Source of the DNA: Flaccisagitta enflata
Taxonomy: Eukaryota
Assembly (NCBI GenBank): GCA_965153355.1
Contig: OZ231126.1
Span: 3,968,001 to 4,032,000 of the forward strand
Direction of reading: 5' to 3'
Length of the DNA: 64,000 nucleotides
A model generated the notes under the pieces. The model had not been told where the DNA came from and did no database searches. It saw only the letters and a list, made by a program, of their open reading frames with translations. This document shows positions 40,401 through 64,000 of this stretch, in pieces. Position 1 is the first letter of the stretch. Every line of letters starts with the position of its first letter. The position numbers and the translations under genes were made by a program.

Positions 40401-40686
40401 CGACATGTTGGACCCCATCAACGGCAAAGTCTCCGGGGCCAAAGCCAAGAAGGAAATGGTCAAATCCAAACTGCCCAATAGCGTGTTGGGGAAAGTGTGG
40501 AAATTATCGGATGTCGACAAGGACGGCCAATTGGACAAAGACGAGTTCGCTTTGGCCATGCATTTGATCCAAGTCAAGTTGGACGGGCACGATTTGCCGG
40601 ATGAACTGCCGACGCATCTCTGCCCGCCGGCGAAACGTAGCGGCGGCGCCGATGGGGAAGGAGGACAAAATGGATTCTACGAGTGA
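37436..40686 (+). CDS. EHD1: EH domain-containing protein (EHD1/Past-1-like dynamin-related ATPase), 548 aa, complete
   Basis: Exons 37436-37753, 38382-38538, 38981-39747, 40282-40686 (1647 nt). P-loop GQYSTGKT, IGPEPTTDRF, DTPGILSGEKQR, LNKAD and a C-terminal EH domain (LPNSVLGKVWKLSDVDKDGQLDKDEFALAMHLI). Confidence 0.97.
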
Positions 40687-42771
40687 TATGGGAACTTTTG
40701 TGTATATATATATCGCGTGAAGAACTCTATATGATTACCCCATCATCATCAACCCTCCCTCGGCCTCGCGCATGCGCGTGTATGTCACAGTCCAAAATAG
40801 CGTGATAAGAGGATGTATTGTCTAAATGATTAGCGCGCGTGCGCGAAGAGAACGCGTGCCATATCTATATAACTAATGGGCCATGACTCTCTTTGAGGTA
40901 TCCATTTGTAGAAAGCTTGCTCCAGAAGCTGCCGCAGAATTCCTGTGCCAATGCTTCGTAAATATGTTTGCGCTTGAAAGAAAAAGGGGTGGGGCGAGAC
41001 AGTCTCAAAGGTCGTTTAATTTACTCGTGAGAGGTCATTTAATTTAGTTTTAAGCTATTTTACAACTAAAAGAAAATGTCACCCAAGCAGCAAGCTTGAT
41101 CTAAGCTCACGCGCGTCTTTTGGCCGTGTCTTCACACAAGCATCCTTTCCGTTTACATGCGTCTCTTGTTCCCATCAAGATTAAAGAGGCAAAGAAACTA
41201 AAACAATATCGCAATTCCCATTTTGGAGCTTACCGGGATTTTATTCATCGCTTTCAAATTTCTAAAAAAATAAAAACCTCATCTTTGGGGAAAGGGGGGC
41301 CCTCCTGTCCTGTACTACTTCGACTTAAATCTCGCTTCCCTGGATCACTACTAACATAAACGACGTTCGCCGAGATATGCATTGTCCCACTCTTCATCTT
41401 TTTCTCTCTCCAAACCTGGTCCCCCTCCCCCAACGGGCCGTTTGTGGAACTACTAGTCAGCCATTTATGTATGCGTATGTTTTTCTGTTGTTACAAGAAT
41501 TGACGTTTAAAAAAAAAACAAAAAAACGCGTGACCTCTCTTCTCCCGCATGGTGTTGGAATCTTGATAAAGAGTTCCATTTATAATTTAAAGTAATGATC
41601 ACACAACTGCCAATTGTACCGGAATGCTAAACAAAATCTGTGTTGCCGCTTTCAAGGTTAACAATCACATATAAAGGTGAAAGAGAATTCTTTGTCCGGA
41701 GACTTGGACCACTCTTTACTGTCGAGTGTGCCCTGGCGCGCGTTTTGTTGACTGACGCAAGTTATACATATAATTTATAAATATTTCATCGTGCCTTTAT
41801 TTCGATTTCTCCGGCGATTGACTACGTAAATGTATATCAACGGAAATTCGGAAATGCATCATGCGTGACCACTTAAAATCTTTTCCATCGCCGCTCTCCC
41901 CCCCTTCCCCCCATCTTCCCCCCCCCCTTCCTCCCATGTCCCTTCGAAGCATTTTAGTGTTACATGCGCAGGCCTTTGCTTGCGGTTATGTTACGTGGGG
42001 AGGGAAGAGTGTCCGCGTAATCTTTTTTTCTCTCGAAAAAAAGCTCATTCTTCTTCGCTAATAAGCTTAATCACGAGTCTTACTTTCAGTTGACACCCAG
42101 TCGGTCAGTCTGTCCGGTCTTCCACTAAAGCCATGTTTATGAGTTATGCCCACTAGATAATGTTAACAGAAAAGCGGCATGGTCGAGTTGCTTCCCATTT
42201 CTCTTTGAGGTACTGGTGTGCTTGTACCGCTATATACGTACTTGTTCAGATCCAAGTGAAACAGATGATCTTTTTTTTCTAAATTCTTGAGTTTTTTTGT
42301 GTCATCCTTGGTTGTTTTTTTTACATAAAAACAGAGGTGAACAAGTATATTATAATGTACGTACAAATTGAAACACGACAATTTTTGCGGTATAATTCAG
42401 TTTTATCTCTCTTTTTCTCGTTATTAGAGTATAATTCCATCCCTCATTAGTTATTATTTTATTTAGTTTGGTTTTTCTGTCGCTATCCCCTTCCCTTACC
42501 ATTTTTTACATTTTTTTTTCTCTCTCTAATTTCCTTTTTTCGCTGTTGGGAACCTAAAAGTAAAAAAAAAATCTGTCTTTAAAGGTGATATAAAGCATGT
42601 ACAAGTTTTGATCTTTTTATACTTATCAAAAAGTGTTGATTTAAAAGAAAAAAATACTGAAATCGCTCCATGTCCTGAGCCCTAACGTTGCTTAAAATTA
42701 AGAAAACAAAAAAGAAATCAATGATAAACTACTACGGCTATTGAAAAAAAAAATGCCTTCTTTTTCCTCAG

Positions 42772-44930
<2,159 letters not shown>

Positions 44931-45571
44931 GTGAGTCGATAGGCAGGGGTAAGGGGTTAGGGTGGGGGTCGATGGGCGGGGGTGAGGCCGAGGGTCGATG
45001 GGCAGGTGTGTGGGGTTAAAGTGAAGGTCGACGGGCAGGGGTTAAGGTGAGGTTTGATGGGCGGGGGTGAGGGTCGACGGGCAGGGATGCGGGGTGATGG
45101 TGAGGGTAACAAGTCATCCAAGGATTGCACTTGGTCAGCGGTACCCGATGCCCTGTAGAGTTTTTAGCTGAAGAAGGAGTGAGAGCAGGGCAGCCCTGAA
45201 GGGCCAATGTCCTGTAGGACACAGCCTGGGTGAATTTCCATACGTCCTGAGAGGGCATATTTGAGGCCTCATTAGCATGGTATCCAATGGGAATTTTGAA
45301 CTTTTTTCAATTTCTCGTCAATTTGCCATGTAATTCAATGGGAATTTTGCATTTTTTCACTTTCTCGTCATTTTGCCATGTTATCCAATGGGGATTTTAC
45401 ATTTTTTTCAGTTTTAACTATTTTCTATGTTATTCAGTGGAAAACCTGCATTTTCTGCTTTTTTTGTAAACTTTCCATGTTATTCAATGGGAAGTTTGCA
45501 TTTTGTTAATTAATGGGAATTTGGGGCTTGAAAAGTTTGGGGGGGGGAGACGGGTGGAAGGACGGACATAT

Positions 45572-45581
45572 NNNNNNNNNN
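45572..45581. other. Assembly gap (10 N)
   Basis: Run of 10 n between a truncated HINE-like element and a satellite array. Confidence 1.
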
Positions 45582-48541
45582 GCTGCACTGCTGGTTTTTG
45601 AGTGTGGAGTGCGTAAACTTGAATGAGAAAATGAGATGGACCACGGACCGACGGACGGACGGACGACGGACACACCCTCTATAGAGAGCGAGACGCATCT
45701 AATAACAATGGTTAGTGAAATGAGGTAGGGAGTGCGTAAACTGAATTCTGAGAAATGTGAGACGGATCTTTGACCGACGGACGGACGGACGGACGGACAT
45801 TACCCTTATATGAGATGCGAGGACGATCTAATAATGGTTAGGGGTGGTTTTTGAGTGGGAGGGAGTGCGGAAACTGAATTTGAGAAAATGGGAGACGGAC
45901 TGGCACGGACTGACCACGAGAGGACGGATGACGGTTTTATTTACTTACATTCCTTCTTATAGAGATGCTATGACGCATCTAATAATGGTTAGGGGTTTTT
46001 TGAGTGTGGGAGTGGGAACTGAATTTGAGAAATGGGGGTGACGGACTGACGGACCGACGGACGGACGGACGGACGGACACACCCTCTTATAGAGATGCGA
46101 GGACGCATCTAATAATGGTTAGGGGTGGTGTTTGAGTGTGTGGGAGTGCGTAAACTGAATTTTGAGAAAATGGGAGACGGACTGACGGACCGACGGACGG
46201 ATTTGACGTGACGGACACTTTTTATAGAGATGCGAGGACGCATCTAATAACGTGGTTGTGTGGTTTTTGAGCGTGTGGAGCATAAACTGAATTCTGAGAA
46301 ATGGGAGACCAGACCGACTGACCGACGGACGGGACGGACAGATTTTGACCCACTTATAGAGATGCGATGACGCATCTAATAATGGTTAGGGGTGGTTTTT
46401 TGAGTGTGTGGGAGTGCGTAAACTGAATTTGAGAAAATGGGAGACGGACCGACGGACCGACGGACGGACGGACGGACGGACACACACTCTTTCTTATAGA
46501 GATGCGTGACGATCTAATAATGGTTAGGGTATTTTTGGAGTGTGTGGAGGAACTGAATTTGAGAAAATGGGAACGTGTGACCGACGGACCGACGGACGGA
46601 CGGATTTGACGGACACACCTTATAGAGATGCGAGGACGCATCTAATAATGGTTGGTGGTTTTTGGAGTGTGTGGGAGTGCGTAAACTGAATTTGAGAAAA
46701 TGGGGAGACGGGACTGACGGACGGACGGACGGACGGATTTGACGGACACATTCCTTATAGGAGATGCGAGGACGATCTAATAATGGAGCTAGTGGTTTTG
46801 AGTGTATGGGAGTGCGTAAACTGAATTTGAGAAAATGGGAGACGGACCTACGACGGGACACACGGGCTTACAGAGACGCGAGGACGGACACAATTTTCAT
46901 AGAGATGCGAGGACGCATCTAATAATGGTTAGGGTGCTTTTTGAGTGTGTGGGAGTGCGTAAACTGAATTTGAGAAAATGGGAGACGGACTGACGGACTG
47001 ACTTGGACGGACGGATTTTGACGGACACACCTTTCATAGATGCGAGACGATCTAATAATGAAGTAGGGGTGGTTTTGGTGGAGTGCGTAAACTGAATTTG
47101 AGAAAATGGGAGATTTGACCGACGGACCGACGGACGGACGACGGACGGACACCACTTATAGAGATGCGAGGACGCATCTAATAATGGTTAGGGTGGTTTT
47201 TGAGTGTGTGGAGTGTAAATCTGAATTTATGAGAAATGAGACGGACCGACGGACTCACGGACGGACGGACGCAGACGGACACACTTTCTTAAGAGATGTG
47301 TGAGGACGATCTAATAATGGTTAGGTGGTTTCTGAGTGTGGGAGTGCGAAACTGAATTTGAGAAATGGGAGACGGACCTACGGACTGACACAGACTCTGA
47401 CGGAGGAGCGAGGACGGATCTACTAATTCTTATAGAGATGCGAGGATGCATCTAATAATGGTTAGTGGCTTGAGTGTGTGGAGTGAACCGAATTCTGAGA
47501 AAATGACTTGACCGACGGACCGACTTGGACGACGGATGTGACGGACACACTCCTTCTTATAGAGATGCGGGAGGACGTGACGACAATGGTTAGGTGGTTT
47601 TTTGAGTGTGTGAGCAAGGAAACTGAATTTGAGAAAATGGGAGACGGGACCACTCAGACCGATTTGACGGATTTGGATGGACGGACACACTCCTTCTTAT
47701 AGAGATGCTAGGACGCATCTCACAATGGCTAGGGTGGTTTTTGAGTGTGTGGGAGTGCGTAGAAACTGAATTTGAGAAAATGGTGAGATGGACCGACGGA
47801 CCGACGGACGGATTGACGGATGGACGATTCCTTTTCATAGAGATGTGCGAGGACGACGAATAATGGTTAGGGGTGGTTTTGAGTGTGTGGGAGCAAGGTA
47901 AACTGAATTCTGAGAATGGGAGACGGACTGACGGACTCCATTTGACGGACGGATTGACGGACACATTTTCTTATAGAGATGCGAGGACGCATCTAATAAT
48001 GGTTAGGGTGGTTTTTGAGTGTGTGGAGTAGCGTAAACTGGGAATTTGAGAAAATGGGAGACGGGACGGGACGGGACTGGATTTGGACGGACGGACGGAC
48101 GGACACACTTATAGAGACATGGAGGAGACTAATAATGGTTAGTGGTTTTGAGTGTGTGGGAGTAACTGAATTTGAGAAAATGGGAGACGGGATCTCTAAT
48201 GGACCGACGGATGATTTGGATTTTGATCGACACACCTTTCTTATAGAGAGCGCAGGACGCATCTCCAACAATGTGGTTAGGGGTGGCTTTTGAGTGTGGG
48301 AGGCTAAACTGAATTCTGAAGAAAATGGGGAGACGATACGTGGGACCGACGGACGGACGGACGGACGGGACACACACCTTATAGAGATGCGAGGACGACC
48401 CACAATGGTTAGGGGTGGTTTTTGAGTGTGTGGGAGTGCTGTGAACTGAATTTGAGAAAATGGGAGACGGACCGACGGACCGACGGACGGACGGACGGAC
48501 GGACACACCCTCTTATAGAGATGCGAGGACGCATCTAAAAA
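45582..48541. repeat. ~135-bp satellite array derived from a HINE terminus
   Basis: About 21 units of tatagagatgcgaggacgcatctaataatggttagg...gagtgcgtaaactgaatttgagaaaatgggagacgg(acgg)n. The final unit ends in the element terminus gcatctaaaaac. Many scattered indels. Confidence 0.9.
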
Positions 48542-48766
48542 CGTGCGGAAACCGTCAAATTGAAAAGAAGAAAAATGCGGTTAGTTTTTTCAGTAGGCAG
48601 ATGAAAATAGGCGTCAGCCCGAAAAACTGGCTAATTTGAAAAGTATCTTCGAAAGAAGGGGCAGAATAAGATTAACAGAAAGCGAAAGGGGGAAAACATT
48701 GTTGATAATTGAACGATGATTTGAGAGTTACATGAGACAGAAGAGATGAAGAGGAAAATATAACTC

Positions 48767-48856
<90 letters not shown>

Positions 48857-49086
48857 AATTAGAAAGAAGGAGAAAGAAAATTGTTTTTGGGTGAGATCAT
48901 CACTCCTCATCTAGGCTCATCCATCAGATCATCACAGTCCGACTAATCACATAACCAAGGAATTGTTGATATGGGTAAGTTTGCGATCATGAGGTAGTAA
49001 TCAATTAATCATTAATTCTCAATGATCAAGTGAGTGATAAGGCGAATTTACAAAGACTGAGTCGAGATGGGGACCAGTAGCCAGAT

Positions 49087-49352
49087 CACTATGGCCCAGA
49101 TCAGCCCAGCTAAAGAAAAATCCCATACCCAGCCTCTAACCACCCAGCAACCACCCCAAAAGGCTCAAACCGCCTTCACTATGACTCTGATCAGCCACGC
49201 TAAAGAGAATTCCCATACCCAGCCTCTGACTACCCAGCAACCACCCCAAAAGGCTCAAACCGACTTCACTATGACTCAGATCAGCCCAGCTAAAGAAAAT
49301 TCCCATACCCAGCCTCTAACCACCCAGCAACCACCCCAAAAGGCTCAAACCG
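49087..49352. repeat. 90-bp tandem repeat x3
   Basis: cactatg..cagatcagcccagctaaagaaaattcccatacccagcctctaaccacccagcaaccaccccaaaaggctcaaacc at 49087, 49177 and 49267. Confidence 0.9.
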
Positions 49353-49627
49353 GTTTATTCATCAGTACATTAGGTTTTTTCAGCACATGAAAACAAAAGT
49401 GAGTTATTCCGGTCAAATGGGTCACCCACTTGATAATAAATTCCTGCCCCACCCTCATTTCTATCCCACCCCATCTCAAAGCCGTGGACGTTGTTTCAGT
49501 TGAATGAATAAAAAAGTTTCACTTCATCATGAGATGTCTTTAGCCCCGGGCTGGTCGGTATTTTCCAACAATAGAAGAGTTCAATATCTACCGTGAATGA
49601 ATACATTTACCATGTAAGAATATTTAC

Positions 49628-59519
<9,892 letters not shown>

Positions 59520-60126
59520 ATCTCGTCTCTTGGTTTTTTTTTTTTTTGGTCTTTATGTCTTTTTCTGGTTCTTTCCAAATCTCGTTATTAACGTCTTCTT
59601 TCAATCCTACGTTCTAATTCAGTATATATTAAGTATGTCCTTCATCAGTTTAGGAGATTGTCTGCGTCTATTTTTTTTTGACAGCGAGTTTTTCTCTCTT
59701 TTCGGGTCCGAATCTAATCCGGAAATATGGGTGACAGATGTCACACAGTTTCGACGCAGAGTCAGTGACAGATGTCACACAGTTTCGACGCAGAGTCAGC
59801 GACAGATGTCACACGTTACCTTATGTATATCTCGTTCAAGATGAGTGTTTTTTTTCACTTGTCAAAAGAGAAGAGAAGTAAGCTTTGGAAGTGATGATGC
59901 GGTGTAGAAAAACAAATGAAATCATTATTTGGACTTAACCTAATCATGTCCGAAAAGAACGGAGCGGACCCATAGTACCCCGGGCCCGATAATACCGTCC
60001 AGACACGTTCTAAGTCGTTCTATTCCCGAGCCACGAGCAGTATAAATTCGAAAGTTCAGAGCGATGAAGAATGAATTCACGTATTTACAACCCCCACCCC
60101 TACTTCTTAATGAGAAATTCCTCCGG

Positions 60127-60216
<90 letters not shown>

Positions 60217-61114
60217 CAGCACTTCGCATAGGAAAAGTGGAAAAATCGAAGATCGAAATCTTCCCACCCCCCTCAGCTCCGCCCCTCCTTCTCAAATACA
60301 TTCATCAACATTTTCTACTAAAGAATCGACACTTCGTTACAATTTTCAACATTCCTTGCCTAAATTTTTCTCTTTGGGATCCCGCGCACAGCATCACGCG
60401 CTTACTATACGCAATCCTAGTCCGGTGCATGCACGTGCAGCGCCGCCGTTGACAAATAGTTTGCAGATCGCGAGTTCTACAGACTACACACAGTTCCATC
60501 TCCACGGTCCCTTCTATCTCCCACTCGGGTGTGACAATATAAAATAGAATAGATAGATAATCAAATCACAAACCCTTAATCATTATGGTCTTTTGTAGAT
60601 GTGACCGTGCTTAGGCTTATGTTTCTAGCAGTGCGCAGTGCAGTACATCAGATGATGAGTGCAATACGGACGAATTTCAACTATCCACGTCGCACATTTG
60701 CAGCATCCCATCAATTTAAGCGGTGGCCTTGTTTAAAGTCACCTAGCTTATTAACATTGGCCGAGCCTTTCCGGATGTAAAGATTCCTGGTTAAACAGTT
60801 ACCTCATGAGAAACCAGATTAATGGGAAAACCGTGTGTTGAGAGCCATCGACAGCTCGCATAGAACTAAGAAGTTTCAACTTTTAGAAAATGAAATAAAA
60901 CTTGGAAACAGTTCGCTGCAACGACGGTCCGTCCGTGTACCCTCAGTACGATTATACATAATTTATTCAGTCTCTTACATAAATTGAGGCAAGCATGTGA
61001 GCATATTTGAACATGCAAGCGGGCGTTCAAAAAACGCAAGCACAAATTGGTACATGCAGTCACAAGTTCGAACACATGGGTGGGCATTAAAAAATGATAG
61101 ACCCCAAACACTTA

Positions 61115-61653
61115 CAGTAGATCTCGTCAAGACTTAAAATAACGGGGGCAAGCATCATAAGAAAACAAGCGAAGAGGACTGATATTTAAAATATAAACTT
61201 ATAAAAGAATGATTTATTACCCATGATCGTCGGTTGCCATAGAAAATATCATTATTTGGAGAAATTTTTTGAAGGAACATTACCAACAATTAATTTGCTA
61301 TATCTTTTTAATAAGATGTTCTACAAAAATGTCGCTCGTTTAGCCACTGCTAAGGGCCTTCACATATGGAAACGTTTCCTAGCAGCAGCCAAACAAATGA
61401 CATTCTTACAAAACATATTATAGGAAAGTTATGACAAATTAATTCTTCAGCAATGTTCCCTCAAAAAATCTCTCAAAATATTATCATTATAGCTAGAATA
61501 CATAGAAATATATTTCCATAACAATTAACTATCATGAAGAATAAATCTTTTTCTTTATTTATATTCCAAATATCCGCCTCAAACTTTATTTATTAATCCA
61601 TAATACTAAACTTCCCCCCCCCCCGTTATCTCAAGTCTAGACGAGATCTACTG
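61115..61653. mobile_element. Tc1/mariner-type MITE, TA TSD
   Basis: TA-cagtagatctcgtcaagacttaaaataacggggg ... cccccgttatctcaagtctagacgagatctactg-TA. Confidence 0.85.
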
Positions 61654-62382
61654 TACGAAAAGCTGATAAATTCCAACTTTTTTTTGAAACGCCTACAGCG
61701 GCATCTCGATGGGACTGGATACTGTAGACCATAAAGCTATTTAAAATTCCAGATGCATATAGTAAAACTAAATTTTAAAATTTTCTCCGAACAATTTATC
61801 AAATGATAATACTAAATCGGCACAAAGTTGTGCGTACAACACATGAATGACAAAACTGCACTTGACATGCTGAAGGGGTGGCATTGGTCACCCCGGCCAC
61901 CGCTTTGAAGATAGCCATCATTGAAATACTCTCTGGATAGAAAAAAACAATTTTTAAGCGCCCTGGGCGCTAGATAGAAAAATTACGGGACATCAGCGTG
62001 CAAAACTTATTCGTGCCGGCAAAAACTTGTTTGAGCCAGCTAGCCCGCAAAAGCATATTCATGTGCATGCCCGCGAAAACTTATTAGTACATGCAAAAAT
62101 TAGGTCGGCGATTATAAATTGTCATTCGTGTGTGCAAAAATGATCTGGATTTTACCAATACCATTCGCAATCATTAAGAAAATGAGTAAAATACCGTGAG
62201 ACAAAAGAGACATTCACATTCATGAGAAGTACGGATAAATAATGCCGTCTAACCAAAAGAAGACAACGCCATAGAAAAACAACAGCAGCGTTAGTCGAGA
62301 ATTCATGGCACATTTAAAGCGCCGGAAGAGATAACGGAATTATTACTCACCTAATTACCGCATCCTACAGCGAATTACTCAC

Positions 62383-62603
62383 CCACTTCCTGCGGAGAGC
62401 GGAGACCCGTATTCGCCGCTGGCCCGCTGCCACAGTTCTCTGACGCCGCTGAAAGATAAAAAGTTAAGAAAAGCCGATGATGCTTCACTGCTGCGTAGCA
62501 GCTGCTGCTGCTTCAGCTGCGCAGGGGCGAGTCATAAACGCTGCTTCGCCGTGTTTTTCGTTGTCGAACTGCGGCAACTACACGTCACGCCCGCGACTGT
62601 CTG

Positions 62604-62639
<36 letters not shown>

Positions 62640-62800
62640 AAAGTGGCCCTCATCGCGCATAATCGTTTCGGCTGTTTCCCTAATTGGGCGTTAGTGCTAC
62701 GGTTGCTGACGGTTGCTGACCTTCAGTCTTTGACGACATTTCCAGTTCCACTGGTCATGCTCGCTGCCCGTCACGACAGTGCGTATCCTCAACACTCAAG
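62383..62800. promoter_or_regulatory. Candidate CpG-rich bidirectional promoter with a PAK 5' UTR exon (-) and a divergent first exon (+)
   Basis: Minus-strand exon-like block 62383-62448 with donor gtgagt. Plus-strand donor aag/gtaagt at 62800/62801. CpG-rich interval between them. Confidence 0.3.
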
Positions 62801-63054
62801 GTAAGTTTGCCAGCTATAATATAACGCCTAGTCTGTTAAGCGGGATTGCAGGAAACTTTCTCATTCGTTGTCACAATCTCTATTCATTTTTCCTCTTGAT
62901 GCAGAACTGTGCTTATCGTCACGTTGCAAGGATAAAGAAAAACGACACGGGCGGTAGTCTTCAACCTCACGAAAATTGGCTGGTTGACCCCGATAGGTAG
63001 GTATTGAGTGCAAGAGTTGAATACATTCGATTCTCCGCTGCACAACGGAAGGCC

Positions 63055-63174
63055 TTCTTCTTTCTTTTTCTCTTTCTTTGTTTCTTTGTTTGTTTCTTTG
63101 TTTCTCTCTTTCCTTCTTTCTCATTCTTTCTATCTGTCTTTTTCATTCTTTCTTTCTGTCTTTCTTTCTTTCGT

Positions 63175-63205
<31 letters not shown>

Positions 63206-63274
63206 CATTCTTTCTTTCTCATTCTTTCTTTGTCTTTCTCTTTCTTTCAGTCTTTCTCTTTCTTTCTGTCTTTC

Positions 63275-63341
<67 letters not shown>

Positions 63342-63505
63342 CTTTCTTTCTTTCTTTCTTTCTTTCTCTTTCTTTCTTTATTTCTTTCTGTCTTTCTCAT
63401 TCTGTCTTTCTGTCTTTCTCATTCTGTCTTTCTTTCTCATTTTTTCTTTCTTTCCTTCTCATTCTTTCTTTCTTTCTCTCTTTCTTTCTTTCTTTCTTTC
63501 TCTTT
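63055..63505. repeat. (TTTC)n-type low-complexity microsatellite
   Basis: Long degenerate tttc/tctt tract. Similar simple repeats at 9898-9946, 10325-10445, 13970-14070, 23548-23636, 30135-30195, 33220-33390, 43498-43628, 48768-48848, 53752-53836, 60130-60213. Confidence 0.95.
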
Positions 63506-64000
63506 GATAATGTGGTCCTGCTTTTACTTCCTTGTCTTTCTTTCCCTCTCAAGACTAGAATCTCCTGTCGATCAGTCCGTCGGTCCGTCCATCCCTTCTT
63601 TCCTTCATCTCTTTCCTTATTAGTTGCGGACACGCAACTCTATAAGAGGCTTTGTCCGTCCGTCGTCCGTCGGTCGGTTGGTCGGTCCGTAGCTAGGTGA
63701 TCGAGTCAAAAACTGGGAAAATGCGCATATCCGCCCCTGCCCACCCGTCCGCAACTGGTGGCCGTGTATCCGGCCTTGTTCCAGTTTTTCCTTCTCTTTC
63801 CTTTTTCAACACCAATTTCCTTTTTTCATACATTTCCTTCTTCCTGTCCATCCTTTTTTCCTTTCGTGCCTTTTTATCTTTTCTTTCAGGCTTCCGGATC
63901 TCTCTTTCATTTTCTTTCCAGTTTCTGTAAAGTCTTAACCATTTTCCATCTTCACTTATCATTTAAATTCCGACACCATGTAAATGTTTTTTTCTGTAAT

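Noticed and set aside
37436-40686. EHD gene as a novelty
   Set aside because: It is a complete, canonical EHD with ordinary structure.
45582-48541. Palindromic repeat with variable intervening sequence resembling a CRISPR array
   Set aside because: The intervening sequence is itself conserved apart from microsatellite length and indel noise, so there are no unique spacers.
49067-49390. 107-aa repeat ORF containing AQISP, like the nearby PAK AQISPEQ
   Set aside because: It is on the opposite strand with different codons. This is a 90-bp tandem repeat and the peptide match is coincidental.
63004-63700. Phe/Leu/Ser-rich membrane-protein-like ORFs
   Set aside because: They are translations of a (TTTC)n microsatellite.

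Overview
Repeat-rich animal genomic DNA with spliceosomal GT-AG introns. The proteins look arthropod-like, but the taxon cannot be fixed from this window. There is one 10-N scaffold gap at 45572-45581. Genes read from the sequence: the 3' end of a myosin XV-type MyTH4-FERM myosin (+, 3-3914); a 10-exon internal piece of GCN1 (-, 9291-15822) whose 5' and 3' exons I could not find; a complete EHD/Past-1 gene (+, 37436-40686); an unidentified low-complexity gene with SILK/RVxF-like motifs (+, 42772-44930) left open at the gap; and a group I PAK kinase. The PAK gene is split inside the activation loop into two convergent halves on opposite strands. Its 11 5' exons lie on - (59519 to 49628, ending ...SKRTTM) and its 3 3' exons lie on + (24608 to 31277, starting VGTPYW...). 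The halves join in phase with no overlap or missing residue. A mis-oriented assembly segment or an inversion is the most likely cause; trans-splicing is the more exciting alternative. A second recurring pattern is tandem duplication of exon edges: splice acceptors, splice donors and the PAK stop-codon region have degenerate copies in the neighbouring introns or UTR. Intergenic and intronic DNA is filled with Helentron/HINE-like elements carrying internal satellites, TA-target MITEs, foldback elements, an internally deleted Academ-like transposon and microsatellites.
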